Made by a program: the position numbers and the translations under genes. The notes below the pieces were generated by a model that made no database searches, was not told the origin of the DNA, and worked only from the letters and a program-made list of their open reading frames with translations. From Lama guanicoe (Eukaryota), in the NCBI GenBank assembly GCA_013239625.1, contig MU054338.1:4241371-4305370 (forward strand): a DNA stretch of 64,000 nucleotides, written 5' to 3'. Numbering within the stretch: the first letter of the stretch is position 1; each line of letters starts with the position of its first letter. Shown here piece by piece: positions 40,781 through 57,784 of this stretch.

Positions 40781-42709
40781 GGTCCCTTCAGGGCTGGCCC
40801 GGCGGGGGGCCCTTTCCCCAGGGGTCCTGGGGGCCTGTGCTTTCTTGGGGCTGGGCCCTGAGCCGGCTCAGCTTCCTGTGTGGCTGAGAGAGGAAGTTTA
40901 ACGGGTGACGTCCCCGGAGGAAGGCCCCTGCCCCCACCCAGTGTGAGACCCAGGCGTCCTGCCTCTGAGCCTTCCGCAGGATGGGTGGGCAATAGATGAT
41001 GCAGGCTCAGAGGCCAGACCCCCAGCCCCATCCTGCCAGGCTGGGCCACGTCTGGTCCCCATCATCACATGCAAGCCTTTCCCTCTCTGTGGCAGCCAAG
41101 GATTCAGTTTGCCTAAAATGCTTCCTCTTCCCTCAACTCTTTTCCCTTTGGTCCATCGGCGCTGGCCATTCCCCATAGGACACCAGTGGGAGCCAGGCTG
41201 GAGAGTGGACACAGGTGGAGAGAGGACCAGGAAGGTGGGCAGACAACAGTCAGAACACAGGCCAGACAAACAGACAACACACACGGCCAGGAAGTGACCA
41301 ACACAGACAAACAGGTCAGAGCAGTCACAGACAGCAGGCGGACACCGAGTCACACAGGCAGAACGTAGCCATGGACTCAAACCAACAGCACACACGGAAC
41401 ACTCCTTGTCCATCCAGATGACAGATGCAGAGCGCTAACACACAGGCACAGCCAGCAAACAGTAGGTAGAGCAGTAAGAAAGGGACAGAGGGGCCCAGCC
41501 ACAAGTCACATTCACGCCAGCCATAGTCACACGCATGGGGATACATAGCCAGAAACACCTAAACAGAGCTGCAGACTCCAAAATACACAGACATCCAGGC
41601 GGACAGATGTTACTCTGACAAACAAAGAAACACAGACACACTTGCGAGCACAAAGGCAGGACACAATGCAGGTACTTGTGGTCATGCGCATGCACACAAA
41701 ATCCCCCAGACACACTCAGAGAGTCGAGATGCAGCAGAGTCTGCAGGACTCCTCGGCCTCCTGCAAGGGAGGGAGCACGTCTGTGCGGGCTAGGTGTGCA
41801 TTTGCGAGGCCTGGCATGGTGTGGTGTGTCTACGTGCATGTGGAATTTGTGTCCAGTCCATCAGACTGAGTGAGGATGTGGATGACTGGGCACTTTCATT
41901 CTGTACACGTCCATGTGACCTCGGGTGCAAGGTATTTCCATGCTCATGGTGGGGGGGGGTGGTGAGCAGGTGCACGAGCATGTGGACACACACACGCATC
42001 TCCAAAACCTCCAGCCAAGACAGGTGAATGAGGCTGACCGTAGCTGAGCACCCCCTTACTCTCCAAGAGGAGCTGGCTCCCAGCCGAGGCTGGAGATCAG
42101 GGGTGCAGAGTCCTCAGGGCTGCCCTCTCCCCCTCTCACACTCTTGGGCCTTGCTGCAGAGTAAATGTTTGTGCCCCTCTCACCCTCAATTTACATGATA
42201 AAACTTAACTCCCTCCAGACCTGTGAGACATAAGTGTTGCCTGCTGCTTATAAGCAACCCGATCTACAGTATTCTGTCATCAGCTCAAACAGACAAAGTC
42301 AGGCATAGCATTTGCAGAGATATCCCGAATCCTTCTTCATTTCTGAAATTCGCTTCAAGGCAATCCAATGGCAAGCCTGTGAGGCGGAGATAAAAGAAGA
42401 GCCCGCAGCCCTGATGTGAGCCCTCAGAGTGGGATGCTCCCTGTCCCTGTTTCTGCGTCTGTATCACGAGTAAACATGGGGCCTGTCTCAGAAAATCTGT
42501 GAAGGTTCAATGAGAGAATGCATCTGAAATATTACTGTGTGGTCAGGTCTGAATCAAGTTCTCAATATGTTCTATTATTATGGGAGTCAGGTCAGGTAAG
42601 CAGAATGATTTTAAAGTCAGAGAGACTTGAGTTCAAAACCCAGCTTAGTTTTTTGATGCCTGTGCGACGTTAGGCAAGTCATTTGACCTCTCTGTATTCA
42701 CTATTTATT

Positions 42710-43250
42710 GCCATGTAACCTATCACCCTTAAGTTAGTGGCTTAAAAGAACACACATGTATTATTTGATCGCCTCTGTGGGGGCCAGGATTCTGGACACA
42801 GCTTAGTCTGGCCCTGTCCTGCAGAAGTCTCTCAGCCGGAATAAGGTGTCTGTTGGGCTGTGGTCTCATCTCACAGCCTGACTGAAAAAAGGGTCTGCTT
42901 CCAAGCTCATGAGGTGGCTGTTGGCAGGATTCTGTTCATTGCGGACTGAGGGCCTCAGTTCCTTGCTGGTTGTTGGCCAGAGGCTGCCCTCCGTTCTTTG
43001 CCATGTGGACATTCCCAACATGCTACTTGCTTCCCCAAAGCAAGCAAGCTGAGAAGGCAACAGAGATTTCACTGAGACGGAAGTCACAGTCCTCTGTAAC
43101 TTGGTCTCAGAAGTGACATCCCATTGCCTTTACCATATCCTGTTTGCCAGAAGCAATCGCCAGATCCAGCCCACACTCAGTGGGAGGGGATCACACAGGG
43201 CATGAAGTGGGGGACAGGCACCACTGAGGGCAGTCTTAGAGGCCACCTTC
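42710..43250 (-). mobile_element. MaLR LTR (MLT1-like)
   Basis: cttaagttagtggcttaaaagaacac...tctgcttccaagctcat...tgttggcaggatt...cagcccacactcagtgggagggga. Confidence 0.6.
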
Positions 43251-44779
43251 CACCCTCCCTGCTTCCTTGTCTTCTCACTTAAAAAGGAGGAAAACAAAAC
43301 ATGTCACAGTGCGTTGTGAAGTCTCATTGATTCACTTGCTTGTTCTTTCACCAAATAATTACTGAGGGCCTGAGTTGTATAAGCTGTTCTACGCATGGGG
43401 TGACCAAGGTGGACAAGGTTCCTGTCCTCATGAAGCTGACATTCCAGTGGGGAGGGAAGGGGATAGACAAAAGAAACAAGTATATAAATAGATGAGAAGA
43501 TTTGAGTTAACAATAGGTACTATTAGGAAAATGGAATGAGATAATGGACAGAGAACGACTGGGTGCTAATTTAGAGTCACCAGGGAAGGCTGCTCTGAGG
43601 AGGCATCTTTGAACTGCAACCTGTAAATGAGAAAGGGCCTGCCTTGTGCGCCTCTGGGGAAAGAAGGAGCAGGAAGGGCAGGTGCAAAGGCCCTGAGGTT
43701 GAATCGAGCTTGATATGATTAAGCACATCAAGGTCACTGCTTAATTAAGTTTCAGCTTAATTAAGTGAGTGGGAGGGTGGCGAGGATGTAGTCAGCAATG
43801 AGTGGAGACCAAGGTGAGAGCTTGGGTTTCAGTCTGAGTAAGATAGGCGTCACGTGAGGGAGGGTTCTTAAGTGCATGGAAAGGCTCCTCTCTGGGTGTT
43901 GTGGGAGGACAGTGCACACTGCAGAGGGCAGGGGCGGCAGCAGGGAGTCCAGGGAGGTGATGGGGAGACTGTCTGGGTGAGCGGCAATAGTGGCTTAGAC
44001 CAGAGTACAGACAAATGGAGAGGAGAGGTCACACTCAGGATACATTTTTGGCATCAGAGACAACTGGACTCAGCAAAACAAGAATGTCTTGGGTCTAGAA
44101 AACAAGGAATCAATGTTGACTTCTAGATGTGGGGTTTGAGCAAAAGGGAAAGGGGATTTTGGGGGGCAGAAGAGGGAGTTCTTTTGGGGCCACGTTGGGT
44201 TTGAGATGATAAAGACAGCCCGGCTCACAGCCACCCAGGGCTGTGCTGGGCCTGCTGGCATGCTGCAGGCTGGGCATTCCAGGCTGCCTTCCCACGTTTC
44301 TCATCCCTCCTGGCTGCGGTGGGACCCAGGGTGGGGGCTGGGGCCCTGTCCAGGTCTGGTGGTCCATCAAACAGTGTGGTAGAAATAGTTGATTGGCTCT
44401 CAGCATTCCTCCCTCCCTGTTTCTCTCCCTCCTGGGTTGCCTTCCTCTGGACCAGAAGCTGGAGGGGAAAAAGCATTTCCCAGAATTCTTTGCAGCTCCG
44501 GTTCTGCCTGCAGATTAGGTTCCACCAACAGAAATGCTCAGGAGAGATTTGGAACGTAGAAATGAGGCAGAACTCTGTGTGTGTGTTTAATTATTTAAAA
44601 TAACTTTAGTTTATATTCATTTTAATTAATTTTTGTTCCATGCTCTAGTGGACCTATCTCTGCAGCTTTGTGGGTGTTGGGAGGTATTTCTGAGCTCAGG
44701 AGTTCCAGCGGCAGCCTCCTGACTCTCCGCTGGCGGAGGAAGCAGCCCCGCTGCTGGGTGGTGGTCCAGCCTATTCCAG

Positions 44780-45120
44780 AGCTGCTCTCACAGGCAGTAG
44801 CATCAACATCACTTGGGAGCTTGTTAAAAATGCAGTCTTAGTTGGGGAGAGTATAGCTCAGTGGCAGAGTGCTTGCTTAGCACGCACAGGGTCCTGGGTT
44901 CAATCCCCAGTACTTCTATTAAAATAAATAGATAAACCTAACTACCCCCCCCCACAAAAAAACCCAACCAAGAATAAAACTTAAAAAAAACCCATGAAGT
45001 CTTCCCCCTCCCCACTGTCCAATTTACCAAATCAGAAACTCTAGGCTGGAACTCAGGAAGTCGTGTTTCAGCAAAGCTTTCCTGGTGAATGTTTCATACA
45101 CTGAAGTTTAAGAAGCAATG
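44780..45120. mobile_element. MER5A-like DNA transposon remnant interrupted by a SINE
   Basis: gcatcaacatcacttgggagcttgttaaaaatgcag / aatcagaaactctagg...acactgaagtttaagaagcaatg. Confidence 0.6.
44844..44992 (+). mobile_element. tRNA-derived SINE (camelid Vic-1-like)
   Basis: GGGGAGAGTATAGCTCAGTGGCAGAG...GGTCCTGGGTTCAATCCCCAGTAC...TAAACCTAACTACCCCCC with A tail; TSD-like atgcagtctt / atgaagtctt. Confidence 0.85.
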
Positions 45121-46376
45121 GCCTGCAGCCTCTACAATGATGCTGTAAACCCCTAAATCCTAGTATCAAATCCCTTTCTGCTTAATGTGCCTTGAACAAT
45201 TCCCTACACAGAACCCTGGCTGATAAAATGCAATCAGAGTTCCAGACTTAAACTGTCAGGGTTGGAATCCCAGGTCACCGCTTCATAGCCATGGGACCAT
45301 GGGTGAGACACTTTAGCAAATCGTAATTTCCAAAGGTGGCCTTAGCCATGTCTTCCATCCCACATGGTCTTCTAGTGCCACTTGGCCCTCAAGAAGTGGG
45401 ATCCATAGCCCATCCTCTTGAACCTGGACAGGTGTTTGTGACCACCTCCACTAGGAGTCCTCAAGACACCAAGTGACCTCTAAGGTTAAGTCAGAAAAAA
45501 TGCAATGCTTTCCACCTTGCTCTCTGGGGATGCTTGCTCTTTGGAGAACCCAGACACCATGCTGTGAGGAAGCCCAAGCAGATCATGGAGAAGTCCTGAC
45601 ACCCTCCTTTTACCTGCCCCTGCTGAGTCTCCAGCCAATGGACTGCATCAGCTTGGCAACCATGTGAGTGCGCCACCTTGAAAGGAGTGCCCTCAGGCTC
45701 CAGGAGGGTTCTCTAGCTGATGCCACTGGGAGCACAGGTGAGGTGCCTTGCCAACTCCTGCCCAAAACACAGAGGCGGGAGCAAAATAACTGCTGTTGTT
45801 TTAAGCCCCTCAGTTTTGGAGAGTCATGTTACTCGGCAAAAGCTGATACACTTTGGGTTGGTGTGAGGTTATGAGACAAGACATGTAGGAGACCATCAAG
45901 GCGCTCCACCTGTGAGTGATTGTCACGCTGGAAGGACTGCCCCTCGGGCACTAGTCCAGCCTGCTATCTCTCCAGCATCCTTCCCTTGAGACTCCCCAGC
46001 CAGCTTTCCACACTTGCAAGATGCCCCACAGAGAAGAGCAGTGGCTCCATCACTCAATGCCCACCCAGTGCCAGGAACTGTGCCCTCCAGGCCTCACAAA
46101 CATCCCTGAGGTGGGGCATGTGGGGGTAACGGGGGAAACCATAGGATCCCATTTTAGAGGTGAGTCCATAGAGTGGGCATGCGGCTTACTCAACACCAGA
46201 GGGTGAGTTAGTGGCATAGCCTGGTGTGTCTAACTCTGAAATCTCTGCCCCACTCCCCACCCCAGATTTGAGGTCCCTTTGGTGCCCGCCTCCATGCCAC
46301 AGGGAGGAGTCTTTATGCGGCCTCCCACAGTGTGATGGAAATGCACTAGGCAGAAACACAGCAGGACGACAATTAA

Positions 46377-46382
46377 TTTATT
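46377..46382 (-). terminator. Poly(A) signal AATAAA of TUBB4A
   Basis: tttatt on the + strand, about 600 nt downstream of the stop codon. Confidence 0.75.
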
Positions 46383-46881
46383 GAGGGGGGAGGGCGGGGC
46401 ACAGCATCTCTTGCCCACATGCTCCAGGGCTTCTCTCTTCCCCACTGGCAGCCCTCCATCACCCAGGGAAAGCCAAGGTTGGTAGGAGCCGAGGGGAGTG
46501 ATTTCCCGGAGGAAATGGGGGCTCATGGGGTCCAGAGAGAAGGTGGGGTCAGAGGGTGGGTGGGGCTTGTGGGGTCAAAGGTGAGGTGAGGCACATTCAG
46601 ATGTGAAGGCAGGCTCAGAGTGGGGGTCAAAATAAACCACGGCTTCTATGTCTAGGGAAGTGGTGGGGCCCATGGGCAGGTCAAAGGTGGAGAGGTCAGG
46701 GGGTCAGGGGTAAAGGAGGGTTCATGGAGTTATAGGTGGGGCTTATGGGGTCAGAGGTGAAGCAGGGCTCCTGGGGGTGTCCAAGTTGGAAGAGTCAGGG
46801 GGGTTAGAGATAAAGTGGGGCTCCAGGGTCAAAGGTTGGCCAGAGGAAGAGGTGCAACATTATAGGGTCAGAGGTGAGTCA

Positions 46882-51360
<4,479 letters not shown>

Positions 51361-52667
51361 GGCGGTGGCGCTGACGGTGAACGCGGCAGCGGTGGCGCTG
51401 GTGCTGCAACTGCGGCGGCGGGGCGGGAGGTGGACGCGGCGGCCGCGGCGGCGAAGCACGGTCCCTGCGCCCCCGGGGCGCCTCTATATGAGCGGGCGGG
51501 GCTCGCGTCACGGCCGGTCACCGGCCCGCTCCGCCCCCTGGTCCCGCCCCGGGACGGAGGGTGCGGGGATGGAAGGATCTCCCTCTCCTGCCGCCTGGAG
51601 ACCCCCGGGGGCTGGGGCGCGCCGGAGCCCGGTGCCCCCCGACCCCCGGCCGTGGGGACGAGGCCCCCCAGACGCCATTAGTAGCATCTCCTTCCATCCC
51701 ACTCCCCCGCCCCAGCCGGGCCTGGCGACCAGGCTTTTGCAGAGACTGGGCGGGGGAAGGGACAGAGCCGGTAAACAAGCAGCGGGAAGACCCTGCCTCT
51801 CCCCCGTCCCGCCCTCGGCGACCCTTCCTCAGTTTCTGTCCGAAGCCTCCCTTCCGATTCCGTGCAGGTCCCATTCGCCAGAACCCTTGCATGAACTGGG
51901 AGGGCTCCTAGTGGGGCCGAGCTAGGAGCCCCGGAGGAGCCATCTGTTTTGGGAGGTGGGGGCGGTCGGTTCCTGCAGGATTTGTCTTGAAGATGCGTAG
52001 TAAGTAAAACCACGATTTTCCTTCCATGTTTGACTGCGGATGCTTGTGGTCGCTGATGGAGGTTGGGGGGACTGTGCCCTCCCCGTGAACGCCTCTGTTG
52101 GGCTTTGGGTCTGTGGCAGGTGGGGTCACCCTTAGCCTTGCCTGGGGTGAAACATCAAAGATTAAGACTTATAGATGGATTACATATTGTGGAGACAGTG
52201 TGCGCGTGGGGGCTGCCTTGCTCCCCCCAGATTGGCACCTCTCTGCTCCACTGATATGATTTATCATAAACCATCACCCTGCCTTCGCATTTCTTATTAG
52301 TGTATGACCTTGCACAGGCTACTTGGCTTCTCTATGGCTGAATTTCCTGCAAGATGGGGCAGCCAAGAATGCCTGGGTGGTTGGGAGAGTCCAAGAGATA
52401 GCCCCGTTTACAAGGTGGCCCCAGTTTCCATTCACAGAGTAAACAATAAATTGTAGCCATTAGTATTGCAATGATTATCAGGGGCTGGGCAAGACTTTCT
52501 GTGCACTAGCAAAGGCCTGACCTCTTGGGGCCACCTCCAGGAGGCCATCCCAGGAAGCCTCCTCCTCCTCCTCCATGGCTTCTGGCTACTGTGGGGCAGG
52601 GGTGGGGTTAGCCAGATGGGCTGTGTGGCTTGGACTCCGCAGTCTCCCTCCAGCCTTCTAATTTTGT

Positions 52668-52875
52668 GCTTCTCAACTGGGAGCGATTCTGCCCTCCAGG
52701 GATGCTTGCTTGGCGATGTCTAGGGACATGTTAAGCCTGGCTTGGGGGGTGGGGTGTACTACCGGCATCTCCTGAGTGGATGTTGCTGAACATTCTAGGT
52801 GAACCGGACAGTATCCCCTGCCCCAAAGGATTATCTGATCTGACTGTCAGTAGTGCTCAGGGCTAAGAAACCCTG
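52668..52875 (+). mobile_element. MER20-like DNA transposon remnant
   Basis: ttctcaactgggagcgattctgccctccagggat...tggcgatgtctaggg...gctaagaaaccctg. Confidence 0.6.
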
Positions 52876-53132
52876 TGTTAATTATTTGAGGGGAAAAAAA
52901 AAAAACTGAGTTAGATCTTTAGGCTCACATTAGACACCAGAATAAATCCCTGATGGGTCAGACAGTATAAATGAGGGTGACCCCCTCCCCCGCCCCCGGC
53001 CCCAGCATCTGTGAGTTACCGCCTCTCTCTGTGTATTGAATAAATGAGTGCAGCATCCTAGGACCTCAGGAGGTCAGATGATTACTGAGCACAGAGCCTC
53101 TTGGGGGAGTCAGTGGAATCCCCTGACCCAGG

Positions 53133-53320
53133 AATTCTCAGCTGGGGGTGATTTGTGCCCCAGGGGACACTTGGCAATATCTGGAGGCATTTTTGATCTT
53201 GGCACCCGGGGGCGGGGCCTGGGGATGCTGCTCATTGTCCTCCAGTACACAGGGCGGCCCTACAGCAAAGCATGGTCTGGCCCCAAAGGCCAATGGCAGT
53301 AGCCAAGGTAGAGGAACCTG
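53133..53320 (+). mobile_element. MER20-like DNA transposon remnant
   Basis: ttctcagctgggggtgatttgtgccccaggggacacttggcaatatctggaggcatttttg...gccaaggtagaggaacctg. Confidence 0.65.
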
Positions 53321-53331
53321 ATGGAGACTTT

Positions 53332-53490
53332 TTGTTTTAATTAAAATGTTCTTTTGTCTTTCTTCCTTTCTTTATCTTTTTGTGGAGGGGGAGGTAATTA
53401 GTTTCATTTATCTATTTTTAAGGGAGGCACTGGGGATTGAACACAAGACCTCGTGCGTGCTAAGCACTCTACCACTGACTATACCCTCCC
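53332..53490 (-). mobile_element. tRNA-derived SINE (camelid Vic-1-like)
   Basis: Reverse complement reads GGGGGAGGGTATAGTCAGTGGTAGAG...GTTCAATCCCCAGTGCCTCC; TSD cctgatggagacttt / cctgatgtagacttt. Confidence 0.8.
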
Positions 53491-53616
53491 CCTGATGTAG
53501 ACTTTTGAGGTTATCACCCAACACAGATGCTGTTACAGTTGACACCTGAGACACAGTCCCCGGATTGAAACAGGAGGTCTACCAATGTTAATATGTATCA
53601 GTTTGGCATTTCATCT

Positions 53617-53622
53617 TTTAAT
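53617..53622 (-). terminator. Candidate poly(A) signal ATTAAA of the PLPP-like gene
   Basis: tttaat on the + strand, about 235 nt downstream of the predicted TGA at 53856. Confidence 0.45.
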
Positions 53623-53855
53623 ACATCAAGAGTCATAAAAACATAACAGTGGAAATGGCTCTGCTGGGAGGGGCTGATGTGGGGCTCAGCCCCAGAAAAT
53701 GGGGATTCCTGTGTCACCCCACCAGGGCAGTGCTGGTGGGGTGAGAGGGCTGAGCTCCAGAGAGGTGAGGGGCTTCCTGGATTAGCCCACCTGGGAAAGG
53801 ATAGCTCCCTGGAGAGTCCAGGCCCTGCACTGGGCGCCCTCTGCCTTTCTCTGCA

Positions 53856-56800
53856 TCAGGGCATCCCTTGGGCCACATGGGGGTCCTCATGGGAGGAATC
53901 CCGAGAGGGGAGAGGGGGAAACAAGCGGAGAGCTGGGGCTGGGTGGCCGTCCAGCACCTGGAGCTTCTGGGACCTGGCATTGCCTGAGATGCAGAAAGCC
54001 TGCAGTGATGAAGCGGGGAGGGGCTGGGGTGGACTGGCATCACCTGCACCTCATGGCCGCTCCCTCCCCGAGCCTGCCTCTCTTGGGCTCCCATCCTGGG
54101 AGGTGAGGAGTGCCAGGTGTACCCAATGGCTCTCAGGCAAGTAGACCACCTCTGGTAGCCAAGTGTCCTATGCCATCACTTACCACCCAGAAAGCCATCA
54201 AAGCTCCCTGTAAGAATCCGAAGACGGCATCACAGGGGTGGTGCCAATGGTCCAAGACCCGGATGTAGCCCGTGACCAGAGCCAGGGTCAAGAAAAGGAG
54301 CTGGATGGCGGGCTGTAAGAGCCAGATTTTCTGTCCCCAGGAACCGGCCTGTACACAGAGCTGGAAGGCAGGTGGGCAGTGGCTTTGAAGCCCCAGGAGC
54401 CAGTATCCAGAGGGTCTTCACCCCGGGGGCTGCATTTTTTGCCCACCTGCCTGTCTGGTCTGCCAGTTTTGTGTGGAAATGGATTTCAGCCTCTGAAGAG
54501 GATGGGGGCTGTGGCCCCTGAAACCATCACTGCAAAAGAACGTCATGCTATTAACCACACACTAGCTTCGGGAGAATTGTAAGATGGCGAGTTACTTCCT
54601 AAGCAGTCAGACGAGACCCCACGGGTAAGCTCAGACTGTGACCGGGTCCTCTCACTTCCCGCCAGTGTCCGATCTCCAGTCCAGCCAGATGCATCCCATC
54701 AGGAAACCCTCAAAAAGCAGAGGTTGAGTTCTTGATTTTAAAGTGGAAAACAGGAAAAAAAAATCCTATCTTTAGGCACCAGGTGAAGTTTCCTTCCTTG
54801 AGACGAGCAGGAAGAACAGGACAGTGGCTGTTGTGTGTTTCGGGGGGAAAATCAAACACGGGCCCTTGAAGAACACTTAGAGGTGGGGGAATTCCCTGAG
54901 ACCCAGAACATTCTGTTCATGAAGCTGACCACGCTTTCCTGGGTCCATAAAATCTGGGCAAGACCTGCCTCCTAGTTGCGTGTGATCTGTCTGTGCACCT
55001 CAGCCCCCAGCCCAGCCCGGGGACCAAAGGAGTCTGTTTTGCCTTTTGTTAATAATGATGATAGTGACCTTTCGGCCAGACCTTGTTCTAAGAGCTTTGA
55101 GTGTATCAGCTTATTTATGTTTAAACTCATGAAACCACAACGCTAGGAGGCAAGTGCTGTTTCCACACCCACTTAACACATAAGCAAACAGAGGCTGAAG
55201 GAGGCTGAGTGTCTCTCATGCAGTTGAGGCTGGGAATAGAGCAGGTGCATTCCAGCTCCAAAGCCTGAGCTTTTATCACTACAGGAAGCTGTAGTTACTT
55301 TGTTACTTGATCTTAAAAAAAAAAAAAAAAAGACTAGTAGTCAAATGGACTGTCTTTCAGGAAGGAAAAAATGTTGCTGATGTGAAGGTAGCCATGTGAC
55401 CATCACATGCCCTGTGGCCAGGGCTTCTGTCTGTGTCTCTGTGTCTGCCCACCACGGTGCCTGGGGGCTCCGGGCTGGCTCCGGTGGGCGCGATCCGCTT
55501 CTGCCCTACCCCCCCATCCCGAGTCAACGCTTTCTTTGTCCACGGGGCCCGTGGGTCATCGGCTCCTTCCCAGAGGCTCCCCCCTCCCCACCCCGCTCCT
55601 CCTGCCACTTCACCGCCCAAAGCTTAGACCTACACCTCAGCTGGGTCTCATTTTCCTTCCCCTTGCCCTTGGCGGAGCCCAGCCCTGGGCATGGACCCAG
55701 CTTGGCAGGGGCCCTCTCCAGCTGCAGTGAGGGGGAGACAGAGGGTTCTGAAAGTTGCTGTTCCCGGACAGGGACGCTGAATGAGTCTTAAGAGGAGACA
55801 GGCCCTCCCCATTCTTGCCCTCCCAACTCTGAGGGGAACACACAGCTCTCTGGAAGGCGTGCCTGGCACTGCCAGCACCAACCGCGGGGTGGCGAGGGGG
55901 CAGGGGGACAATGGAGCATTTTCTGGTCTTCCTGGGTGCTTGGCCCACCTCCCACCAACACTCACCACCAGATACACCATGGAGTACATCCCCACGGAGG
56001 CGTGCTCAGAATAGAAGGACTGCCTGGGAGGTGGGTGGGGGGAGGGCGGGCAGCAGCCGGCGTTGGGGGTTAGGGGTGGGGATGCTTCCGGGGTTCCCCT
56101 CTCTGCCCACCCACTCGCCTGGCATGAAGGATGTCTTCAGGGTGCGCAGTGCAGGTGTAGCTGGTGATGTAGCACTCTCACAGTAAAGGAGGCTGGGTCA
56201 GGTAGGCACGCAGCCAGGAATGGGGCCGCAGGAGACCTGTGGTCATTTTGGCAATGCTGGTCAGGGAGCAGCTGGCCAGGCCACCTAAAATGAAGGCGCC
56301 CAGCTGCCTGTAGATCAAGGCCACATAGGTGGTGCTCATGAAGGCTGGTGAGCTCAGCTGCAGGCCCTGGACACAAATCAACTCTCCCAGGCTGATCTGT
56401 GGGGCTGGACCGGAGAGGGGAAGGGGTCACTGCTGAGGGCAGGGCGCGCACAAGGGTGGGAAGTCCCCCACCCTTTGACTCAGGTCCATATGGAAAGGAG
56501 GCTGTTGTTTCCTGCTAAACCAGGCAAAAAAAAAGGGTGGGCTTCTCATTTCATCACACACACACACGCAAATGGGCGACTTCTACTTCTGTACCTGAAA
56601 TGGGCAGGACTCCCTATGTCGCTATACCATATCACCAAGAAAGGGGGTCCCATGTCTGAAAGGGGTGGGACTTCCTGTTATACCAGGAGAAAAGGATAGA
56701 CTTCTTCTCAAGTGCCTGAAAATGGCGGGGGTTCCCTTTTCACCAGGAGAAAGAGGCAGGATGTTCCATGTTTGAAAGGGGGAGATTTCCCAGCTCCGCA

Positions 56801-57744
56801 GGAAAGGGGGTGGGACTGCTTCCTGCCTTCTGCATGTAGAGATGGGGCTCCCCTGTCCGCAGGGGAGAGGAGCTGAGCTTGTCCTCTGCCTGAGGCAGAG
56901 AGGTGAGTGTTTTCTCTATACTACGTCAAAAAGGAAGGAGCTTTACTTTTTCCCCAAGGAGAGGCTCTCTATGACACTGACCAGTGAGATTTCCCATTTC
57001 AGCAGGAAGAGAGGCGCTATTTCCTCCTGCCTTAGACAGTGGGTGGGGGTGCCCACTTCGCCAGAAAAAGAGGTGAAGCTTGCCCGGGGCACGTCACCAG
57101 GGCCTGGGATGGACGTGGCCAGCCTCTTACGGTGAAGATGGAGACGGTGAAGCCCATCCTGGTGAGTGCCGAGCCCTCGATGATGCAGCGGGCCACCCGG
57201 GGGTCGTGGACGGTGGCGTCATTGCAGAAGCAGCCCTGGATGTGGGCTGCCACAAATCGGCCTCAGCACGATGGGGAGGCTGACTGCGGGGGGTGCAGAC
57301 GACCCCACTCCTGGATGGGTCACTGAGATGGACTCTCCTTAGGCTCTCTGGCCAGTCTGTCCTCCCTGCATCTCCACAGCTTGGACATGGCGACACGGGG
57401 GGAGAGTGGAGAGCCTGGGCAGGGAAGGTAGTCTGTCAGGAAAGCCAAAGGACAGAGCCCCAGGGCTGCCCCAGGAATGGGGTGAGTTCCTGTGAGTGAG
57501 GTGGGTAAGGGGTTAGGATAGTGTGGGGATAAGGGCGAGAGCGCTCACTCTTTCTGTATGTGTGTGTGTGTGTCCTGATGCATGCATGTACGTGTGTATG
57601 ATTGTGGCTCTGTGTGTCTCTGTGTGTGAATGTGTGTGTGTGTGTAGATATCTATGCCTCTGCCATGTGTATGTGTGGTGTGAATAGGTGTTTGTGATGC
57701 ATATGGGTACATGTTGGTATGTGTGCGCCTCTCTGTGATCTCCA

Positions 57745-57784
<40 letters not shown>

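Noticed and set aside
44844..44915. tRNA gene (also at 7588, 34040, 53430, 62161)
   Set aside because: A/B boxes are followed by SINE body, A-rich tails and TSDs, and no convincing cloverleaf is evident; these are SINE heads.
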